The translations under genes were made by a program, and so were the position numbers. This document shows, one piece after another, positions 44,034 through 50,109 of a stretch of DNA of 50,109 bases; position 1 is the first letter of the stretch; each line of letters begins with the position of its first letter. The DNA is from an uncultured Leptospirales bacterium. GTDB taxonomy: Bacteria; Spirochaetota; UBA4802; UBA5550. The stretch lies in assembly GCA_964654045.1 (NCBI GenBank), contig CAZZHU010000007.1, positions 1 to 50,109 of the forward strand. The letters are read 5' to 3'. Under the pieces are notes generated by a model. The model searched no databases. It was given only the letters and a program-made list of their open reading frames with translations, and was not told where the DNA came from.

Positions 44034-44603
44034 TCAGAGAACTCCCTTCTCCGATAAATAGTGCGCTATTTTCTCCAGCGCCTTCTCCATCCGCCATTTT
44101 GCCGTCCGCTCGGAACAGTTCATGATAGCGGCTATTTCAGAATATTTCATCCTGTGGTCATGCCTCAATATGAACACCGTTTTGAATTTATCCTTCAGGT
44201 TTTCAACCGAGCGGCTCAATTCCTCCAGGTCATGCTCCGTTATGCATATATCCTCGGGCGATTCCTGCTGCTGGCGCCCGCCGGCCATCCTGTAGCGTTC
44301 CTGCTCCATCAGCCGGATCTCCCGCCCCCTTTTGCCGATGAAATTCTTGCTGCAATTGACCGCAATCTGGTAAATCCACGAGGAAAAGGATTTCCTCACA
44401 TCGAATGTTTCAATATGCCTGAATACCCGTATGACGGCATCCTGGAGCACATCGTTCGCTTCGTCGACATTGGGAATATAGTAGTAGATAAGGCGCTTGA
44501 GCTTCTGTTCATACCGGCCGTATAACTCGGTAAAGGCATGTTCGTTTCCGGCCTTATACGCCAGCACAAGCTCCTCGTCGGTAAACAGCTTTAAATCCTG
44601 CAT
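44034..44603 (-). CDS. ECF-type RNA polymerase sigma-70 family factor
   Basis: Region 2 (FTELYGRYEQKL...DVLQDAVIRVFRHIETFD...SWIYQIAVN) and region 4 HTH (MKYSEIAAIMNCSERTAKWRMEKA). Confidence 0.85.
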   Translation of the reverse strand: MQDLKLFTDEELVLAYKAGNEHAFTELYGRYEQKLKRLIYYYIPNVDEANDVLQDAVIRVFRHIETFDVRKSFSSWIYQIAVNCSKNFIGKRGREIRLMEQERYRMAGGRQQQESPEDICITEHDLEELSRSVENLKDKFKTVFILRHDHRMKYSEIAAIMNCSERTAKWRMEKALEKIAHYLSEKGVL

Positions 44604-44775
44604 CGACTTACCTAGTATACCTCGGACCAGGGTAAAAGTGTAAATTAATCCGCCGCATTCTGGCGCGGGCCGGAACGCAGGGCACCGGGCCGATAAACCC
44701 GGATGGGCGGCCTCCAGTCGGCATATGGAAATGCATGCGGCCGGTAGAAAGCACCGGCCGGGAAGGGATTATTTT

Positions 44776-45114
44776 TTAATTTTTCGCGGCCTGAGCGGTC
44801 CTGGAAAAAACATCACCGATAAGCCCTTCATCGAGCATGGATATAAGGGCCATGGCCCTCCGCTCCACTTCGCTGTCAACGCCCGATTTCAGGTTTTTCA
44901 ACTGGAAGTATTCATCCGCAACATTCAGCGCGGCAAGTATGGCCACCTGCGTCGGATTGGTAATTGCGCAATTGTTCCGCACTTCCTCCATCTTGCCGTC
45001 AAGGTATTCGGCGATCTGGTGAATGTAGTCGCGAGGGGCTTCACCATTAATGGTATATGTCTGACCGAATATCGTTACTTTTACGCTGTTTCCTTCCACG
45101 GCACACCTCGCCAC
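44776..45114 (-). CDS. zapA: cell division protein ZapA
   Basis: VKVTIFGQTYTINGEAPRDYIHQIAEYLDGKMEEV...VAILAALNVADEYFQLK. Confidence 0.8.
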   Translation of the reverse strand: MARCAVEGNSVKVTIFGQTYTINGEAPRDYIHQIAEYLDGKMEEVRNNCAITNPTQVAILAALNVADEYFQLKNLKSGVDSEVERRAMALISMLDEGLIGDVFSRTAQAAKN

Positions 45115-45118
45115 AGGC

Positions 45119-45871
45119 TTACTTGTCGTCTTCGATGATCAGGAATTCATCATCCCTGCTCTTGCTCTTATTTTTATCTTTGCCGCGGGGCGCCCGTTCA
45201 TCTTCGTCAATGATGATGGTGTCATGATCGACATCCTCGATGATGATCTCCTCGTCCTTCTCGTCGAGCAGTATGATATCGTCGTCTTTTTCACGCACGG
45301 TCTCCAGGGCAACACCGTCGCTCCCCTTCTTGCCCAGGTCCCCCTCGTCATCGATGATTATGATATCTTCATCGTCGTCAATGCTGACGGTCTCCGACTT
45401 TTTGACAGTCTCGACCTTCACTTCCTCTTCTCTATAATCATCCATCGGTTCATCGAGGATAATGGTGTCATCGTCCTCGACCGGTGCTTTCGCTTCTTTC
45501 CTCTGGGGCGCGCGGAGCGACGCGGGCCTCGCGGTGTCAAAGGTCTTCTTCTCTATTTTTACACCGGCCGGGATACTCCCTCCCGGTGCGAGCGTGTCGA
45601 GTTTTCCGAGAAGACCGATAACCTTCTTCTCCAGGACCTCTTCTTTGGCGTTTAATTCCTCAAGCTCGCGGGTGGCCTCGTCGAGCTCTTTCCTTATCTT
45701 TTCAACTTCCTGCTCTTTTTCCTCAAGGGTGAGTCGGGCTTCTTCAAGTTCGCCCTTGATCTCTTCATTTTCGTTTTCAAGCTTCGAATTTTCGGTCCGT
45801 AAATCGCCTATCAGCTGCAGGGCCTTGACAACACGGCTTTCAAGCTCTTCAAGTTGCTGCATGGAAATCAT
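45119..45871 (-). CDS. ZapB-like coiled-coil protein with repetitive hydrophobic-acidic C-terminal region
   Basis: N-terminus MQQLEELESRVVKALQLIGDLRTENSKLENENEEIK resembles ZapB. It lies directly upstream of zapA. The C-terminal half has six [TIF][IL][IL][IL][DE][DEV] motifs in acidic context. Confidence 0.55.
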   Translation of the reverse strand: MISMQQLEELESRVVKALQLIGDLRTENSKLENENEEIKGELEEARLTLEEKEQEVEKIRKELDEATRELEELNAKEEVLEKKVIGLLGKLDTLAPGGSIPAGVKIEKKTFDTARPASLRAPQRKEAKAPVEDDDTIILDEPMDDYREEEVKVETVKKSETVSIDDDEDIIIIDDEGDLGKKGSDGVALETVREKDDDIILLDEKDEEIIIEDVDHDTIIIDEDERAPRGKDKNKSKSRDDEFLIIEDDK

Positions 45872-46140
45872 TGTGTTACCTCCGTTACCCTGCGTTTGAT
45901 GGTCGCAAGGAAGTAAATCGCTGTAATTATATTTTCGGCTGATCTGGCAGCCGGCATTAATATTATCCGCACATAAATGCCCTGAAAACAGATAATAACA
46001 CTTAATTAATACTAATACTTGTTTATTAAGTCAAGCCATATTTTGAGAGGACCTTTTCATGCCCGTAGGCGGGATTCTGTTTAGCGTGTAGGAACATTTC
46101 CGAGGCGTCTGTAGGAGCAATTTGGCGCCGGTCCAATTCA

Positions 46141-46253
46141 ACCTCACCCCCTAACCCCCTCTCCATACAATGGCGAGGGGGAATAGAATCAATTCATAAT
46201 TGTGGAAACCCTCTCCTTTATAAGGAGAGGGTGCGCGAGGCGCGGGTGAGGTC
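46141..46253 (+). repeat. family B composite palindromic (MITE-like) element, copy 2
   Basis: TIRs acctcaccc (46141-46149) / gggtgaggt (46244-46252). Hairpin 1 is ccccctctccat-acaa-tggcgaggggg (46155-46181); hairpin 2 is ccctctcctt-tat-aaggagaggg (46209-46231). Collinear with 18676-18788. Confidence 0.7.
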
Positions 46254-46258
46254 GTAAG

Positions 46259-47179
46259 CTATATCTGCATGCTCATTTCAATACCGTAGATGGCCTGGAT
46301 GAAATTATGCTGCGACGCCCGGAGCGGATTCTGCACCGTATAGACCCCCAGGTACAGGGCCTCCATGAAAAAATACCGGAGCCCGGCGCTCATTAAAAAG
46401 GTGTTATACCGGGCGGCCTCGATGGGGACATCGCCGGTATTGATATAATCACCGGTGACCCTGACTGACCCGTTACACTCAATGTACGGCACGAAGGGAT
46501 AAAAATAATTCGTATTCCACGCCATTGAGAAGGTCAGGTAATCATTCTTGATCCTGTCAATGTTCAGGAATGTATTTTTCGCCTTCGGGTTCAGGCCAAA
46601 CACCTTCTCCCACGTTTCACTTTTTGTTATGTTCAGGTAGAAGCCGCCCCAGAAGTCCTCCGCGTTGCCTTCGCGGAAGGTGTAGAACATGTTCAGGTGG
46701 ATGAAAAAAACGTCCAGGACATCAAAGCGGAAGAAGGGCCCCATCTTCAATTCATACTTGCCCAGGGCGAGATTACGCCATTCTTCGTTGGCATAGGCGT
46801 TCTTGGCCAGCGGGAACCGCAGGCTTATCAGGAAGCCCAGGTGAACCTGATTGCGGGCGAAATCGCCGATATAGAATTTTCCCTTAATAAAAAGGTCGCC
46901 TATATCCGCCCTGTTTATCCTGAAGGCGCTCTGGCTCAGGATATCAAAGTTGAGCCAGAGGGAAAATTCATCTGTCGCGCCGAATCCCAGGCCGATGCTG
47001 TCCTTTCTGGACCAGCGGTCGGTCTGACACACCTCATCGCGGAGATAAATCTCGACGGCATACTCCGGGACCATGTAGATCGTTTCGGTGAGCGGCAGGG
47101 CATCGGCCCTGTTCACGGCGGTCAGAAACAGAATTAGCGCTATACCGATAGCGCTAACCTTCTGTTTCATGAGAATCAT
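46259..47179 (-). CDS. secreted, probably beta-barrel outer-membrane-like hypothetical protein
   Basis: Start at MILMKQKVSAIGIALILFLTAVNRADA (signal peptide; 47177-47179 or 47168-47170). Aromatic-rich alternating pattern. The ORF-track N-terminal extension overlaps rplT and is rejected. Confidence 0.55.
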   Translation of the reverse strand: MILMKQKVSAIGIALILFLTAVNRADALPLTETIYMVPEYAVEIYLRDEVCQTDRWSRKDSIGLGFGATDEFSLWLNFDILSQSAFRINRADIGDLFIKGKFYIGDFARNQVHLGFLISLRFPLAKNAYANEEWRNLALGKYELKMGPFFRFDVLDVFFIHLNMFYTFREGNAEDFWGGFYLNITKSETWEKVFGLNPKAKNTFLNIDRIKNDYLTFSMAWNTNYFYPFVPYIECNGSVRVTGDYINTGDVPIEAARYNTFLMSAGLRYFFMEALYLGVYTVQNPLRASQHNFIQAIYGIEMSMQI

Positions 47180-47199
47180 GGCGGGATTTGCTGCTGCGG

Positions 47200-47556
47200 C
47201 TATGCCGCCGTTTCCTTTACCTTGTCGACTATTTGCTGAAACGCGGTCATATCCTTCGCGGCCAGTTCGGCCAGCATTTTCCGGTTGATCTCGATGTTGG
47301 ACGATTTCAGGCCGGCTATGAATTTGCTGTATGATATGCCGCACAGCCTGGCCGCGGCGGCAATCCGAATGATCCACAGCGCCCTGAAGTCACGCTTCTT
47401 TTTCCGCCGGTCGATGAAGGAATTCTGCAGGGCCCGTCTCCGGGCGTCCTTCGCTGTCCGGAAAATGGTGCTCCGGGCGCCGATAAATCCCTTGGCGTCC
47501 TTTAATATTTTTTTGCTTCGCTTGCGATGCACTCTACCAGTTGTTGCTCTCGGCAT
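47200..47556 (-). CDS. rplT: 50S ribosomal protein L20
   Basis: MPRATTGRVHRKRSKKILKDAKGFIGARS...RRKKKRDFRALWIIRIAAAAR. Confidence 0.92.
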   Translation of the reverse strand: MPRATTGRVHRKRSKKILKDAKGFIGARSTIFRTAKDARRRALQNSFIDRRKKKRDFRALWIIRIAAAARLCGISYSKFIAGLKSSNIEINRKMLAELAAKDMTAFQQIVDKVKETAA

Positions 47557-47690
47557 AGTGGTACTCTCCCTCGTATCATATTAATAGTATATTTCTGTTT
47601 ATCCAGGTCGGGATCCGGGGACGACGGCGGCGATGCGCTCCGGCTGCCGCATATACATCAGGCGCCCCGCTCCATTGCAACGGATATCAT

Positions 47691-47882
47691 TTATAAGGAA
47701 TCATCCTCTTGATCCGCTTGGTCTCGGTCGCTCGTAACCGTTGTTCCGCGGAGCTGCCGCTTGCGTTTCGATGATTTTGACTCCAGCAGATGGCTTTTAA
47801 AGCCCTGCGCGCGGACGGCTTTCCCTTTTTTGGTTATGCGGAACCTTTTTTTAGCTCCGCTGTTTGATTTCACCTTTGGCAT
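47691..47882 (-). CDS. rpmI: 50S ribosomal protein L35
   Basis: MPKVKSNSGAKKRFRITKKGKAVRAQGFKSHLL. Confidence 0.9.
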   Translation of the reverse strand: MPKVKSNSGAKKRFRITKKGKAVRAQGFKSHLLESKSSKRKRQLRGTTVTSDRDQADQEDDSL

Positions 47883-47904
47883 CTCGCTACCCCTTGTGCG
47901 GTTA

Positions 47905-48462
47905 TTATTTCGTTTTGACTCCGCTCACCTTGGCGGAAACAATCATCGTTATATTTCTTCCTTCCTGCGACATGTCCTTTTCTATCTGGACGAAACTCTC
48001 TATCTGCTCCTTCACCTTTTTCATGACATCGAACCCGAGTTCGGGGTGGACCATCTCCCGGCCCCTGAACATGAGGGTGAATTTCACCTTGTCTCCACCA
48101 TCCAGAAATTCTTTCGCGTGCTTAATCTTGTGTTCAAAATCGTGCGAATCTATGTTCGGCCGCATTTTGATCTCTTTAACATGGATGACTTTCTGCTTTT
48201 TCTTGGCCTCCTTGGCCTTTTTCAGCTGCTCGAACTTGAACTTGCTGTAGTCAATGATCTTCACAACCGGCGGGTCCTGGTTCGGGGAAATCTCCACGAG
48301 ATCAAGCTCCCTCTCTCTTGCCATCTTCAGTGCGTCTTCGGTCGGTACGACCTTTGGTTCTCCCTCCTCCCCGACGAGCCTGACCTGCTGCGATTTTATA
48401 CCCTCGTTGACATTGTACTTATCAAACTTATCCAAGTTGGATCGTCTTCCTTTGTCTATCAA
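47905..48462 (-). CDS. infC: translation initiation factor IF-3 (non-ATG start)
   Basis: INEGIKSQQVRLVGEEGE...ARERELDLVEISPNQDPPVVKIIDYSKFKFE. An in-frame TAA lies 2 codons upstream of the TTG (48460-48462), with ATA as the next codon. The first in-frame ATG is far inside the conserved N-domain. Confidence 0.9.
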   Translation of the reverse strand: MIDKGRRSNLDKFDKYNVNEGIKSQQVRLVGEEGEPKVVPTEDALKMARERELDLVEISPNQDPPVVKIIDYSKFKFEQLKKAKEAKKKQKVIHVKEIKMRPNIDSHDFEHKIKHAKEFLDGGDKVKFTLMFRGREMVHPELGFDVMKKVKEQIESFVQIEKDMSQEGRNITMIVSAKVSGVKTK

Positions 48463-48542
48463 GCGTTAAACACCCCCTGAATGATTGTTATAATATGCGA
48501 CCCGATGTTACCTGCCTCTTTTATATCGTATGATATTTAAGA

Positions 48543-48572
48543 ATTTTACAAAATTGCTACACTCCATGTCAA
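48543..48572 (-). promoter_or_regulatory. sigma70-like promoter candidate TTGACA-N18-TAAAAT upstream of infC
   Basis: Reverse complement of tgtcaa (48567-48572) and atttta (48543-48548). Confidence 0.35.
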
Positions 48573-48609
48573 AATCAACTAGTTTTTATAAATTTTATCT
48601 TTTTTAGAT

Positions 48610-48683
48610 CCCCCAGGCCCCCTGAGGGGGCATTTAGCAAAATTACATTATTTTTCACATACCCCCATCGGGGAACAAGGGGG
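48610..48683 (+). repeat. two family A GC-rich palindromic modules between thrS and infC
   Basis: cccccaggccccctgagggggc (48610-48631), followed by catttag as in the 33161 copy (gcatgtag), and cccccatcggggaacaaggggg (48662-48683). Confidence 0.6.
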
Positions 48684-48725
48684 ATTCCGGGAGTGATACA
48701 CGGATTTTAATTTACATCACATTTT

Positions 48726-50109
48726 TTACCGTTTGTTTTTAACATCTTCATTGATAAGGCTGATAAGGTCGTCCACCTTCATGGATTCGGACTTGTTCTC
48801 CCCCCGTTTCCGAACGGAAACCATGTTTTCCGCGACCTCCTTTTTCCCGATGACGCCGATATAGGGGACCTTGTGCGCAATGGCGTCCCGCACCCGGTAT
48901 CCCATGGTCTCGTCCCTGCGGTCCGTCTCGGGCCTGAGTCCCAGTTCAACCATGCGGAGCCGCAGCTGCCCGGTCGCATCAGCCTCCTCGTCGGAAACGT
49001 TTATGAGCACTACCTGCACCGGCGCGAGCCACACCGGGAATTTGCCGCCGTAGTGTTCGACCAGGACGCCTATGAAGCGTTCCAGCGATCCCAGGAGGGC
49101 CCGGTGTATCATATAGGGACGGTGCTTCTTGCCGTCGGAATCAACATAGGTCAGATCGAACCGCTCGGGGAGGTTAAAATCAAACTGTATGGTGGAGCAC
49201 TGCCACTCGCGGTTGAGAATGTCTTTTATCTTGATGTCTATTTTCGGGCCGTAAAAGGCGCCGCCGCCCTCGTCGACCTCGTACTCGATCCCCGCGCGCC
49301 TGACCGACGCCTCGAGGGCCTTGATTGCCTCCTGCCACATCGACTCGTCGCCGACCGATTTTTCAGCCGGACGGGTTGCCAGGTAGACCTTGAAGTCCTC
49401 GAACCCGAACGCGCGCAGCATGTAGAGGCAGAAAGCAAGGACGCGGTCGATCTCGTCGGGCATCTGGTCAGGGCGGCAGAAGAGGTGCGCGTCGTCCTGG
49501 GTGAAGCCGCGCACCCTGAGGAGCCCGTGGAGCACGCCGCTCCGCTCGTACCGGTACACGGTGCCGAGCTCGGCCCACCGGAGCGGAAGCTCGCGGTACG
49601 ACCACCCTTTATTCTGGTAGATCTTGATATGGAAAGGGCAGTTCATGGGTTGACGTAATAGGGCTGCCCGTCGATGTCCATGGATGAATACATGTTCTCG
49701 GTGTAGAAGTCGAGGTGACCGCTCGTCTCCCATAGCTGGGATTTTCCGATATGGGGGGTGCCCACCAGGTCATAGCCGTTCCTGAAATGCTCTTTACGCC
49801 AGAAGTCTTCTATAATATTCTTTAAACAGGCTCCCTTCGGGTGCCAGAGTACGAGACCCGCGCCGGTTTCGTCGTGGATAGAATAGAGGTCGAGCTCTTT
49901 GCCGAGGCGGCGGTGGTCCCGGCGCTTCGCCTCCTCGAGAAATTCGAGATGGGCGGCAAGCAGTTTCTTGTCGGGGAAGGCGATGCCGTAGATGCGCTGG
50001 AGCATCGGGTTGGTCTCGGTGCCGCGCCAGTAGGCGCCGGAGGTCGAGGTCAGCTTGAGGGCCTTGAGGGCGCCGGTGGAGGGCAGGTGCGGCCCGCGGC
50101 AGAGGTCGG
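48726..50109 (-). CDS. thrS: threonine--tRNA ligase, N-terminal part beyond window edge, reading frame interrupted by apparent 1-nt shift near 49645
   Basis: The upstream frame, open to the window edge, reads [29 protein letters not shown]...[14 protein letters not shown]...DGQPYYVNP, then TGA at 49643-45. The -1 frame continues [11 protein letters not shown]...[14 protein letters not shown]... to the stop at 48726. Together they form a collinear ThrRS catalytic plus anticodon-binding region. Confidence 0.85.

Noticed and set aside
44680-44700. GCCGATAA (sigma-28 -10-like box) between the sigma gene and zapA
   Set aside because: It is on the plus strand with no TAAA -35 element at the right spacing and no plus-strand gene downstream. 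It is probably fortuitous.
46259-47377. Full 372-aa version of the beta-barrel-like ORF
   Set aside because: The first 66 codons overlap rplT in another frame and encode Arg/Gly/Gln-rich sequence. A signal peptide begins at the internal Met (47179), so the shorter form is called.
49640-49655. thrS as a decayed pseudogene
   Set aside because: Apart from the single-nucleotide shift, both halves are full-length, motif-perfect and free of further stops. A homopolymer sequencing error is more parsimonious than decay, with recoding as a much less likely alternative. The shift is kept as a finding, not as a pseudogene call.

Overview
This is a dense, GC-rich bacterial chromosomal segment (GC judged by eye, not computed) with about 50 protein genes, most on the minus strand and mostly housekeeping.

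Minus-strand gene order, from high to low coordinate:
- thrS (5'-partial, with an apparent 1-nt frameshift), infC (non-ATG start), rpmI, rplT, and a beta-barrel-like secreted protein.
- A ZapB-like coiled-coil protein and zapA.
- An ECF sigma factor and a FecR/beta-propeller anti-sigma protein.
- cheW, cheA, cheB and cheY.
- scpA and scpB.
- pheA, tyrA, cmk and rpsA.
- A TPR membrane protein, rpmF, acpP, rnc, a NUDIX hydrolase, aroB and a STAS protein.
- An ArsR-linked redox cluster (nitroreductase, DUF362/4Fe-4S, flavin reductase).
- murJ, a PfkB kinase, an M23 peptidase, an MBL hydrolase, an FGGY kinase and a HAD phosphatase.

Plus-strand genes include a 7TMR-DISM/PP2C phosphatase, an aspartate aminotransferase, a HEAT-repeat protein, and a TPR protein followed by a diverged FecCD-like permease and an ABC ATPase whose catalytic motifs are all substituted.

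I found no rRNA, tRNA, CRISPR array, transposase or integrase.

Most notable observations:
1. CheA carries a C-terminal CheC/CheX-like phosphatase domain with one intact S-x3-E-x2-N-x22-P site.
2. Two tandem paralogous lysine-rich lipoproteins have a mirror-symmetric Cx3Cx6C...Cx6Cx3C pattern.
3. At least two families of GC-rich palindromic intergenic repeats occur. One is a CCCCC-N3-CCCCC-nGAGGGGG module family. The other is a roughly 115-bp MITE-like composite element with terminal inverted repeats. They sit between genes, sometimes inside operons, and one copy supplies the scpA stop codon.
4. A 760-bp intergenic patchwork contains a nested, 6S-like long hairpin.
5. A perfect 42-bp palindrome lies between rpmF and acpP.

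The rpmF-acpP-rnc synteny and the che gene set hint at a spirochaete-like lineage, but this is tentative. All family assignments are by-eye motif recognition; no searches were run.
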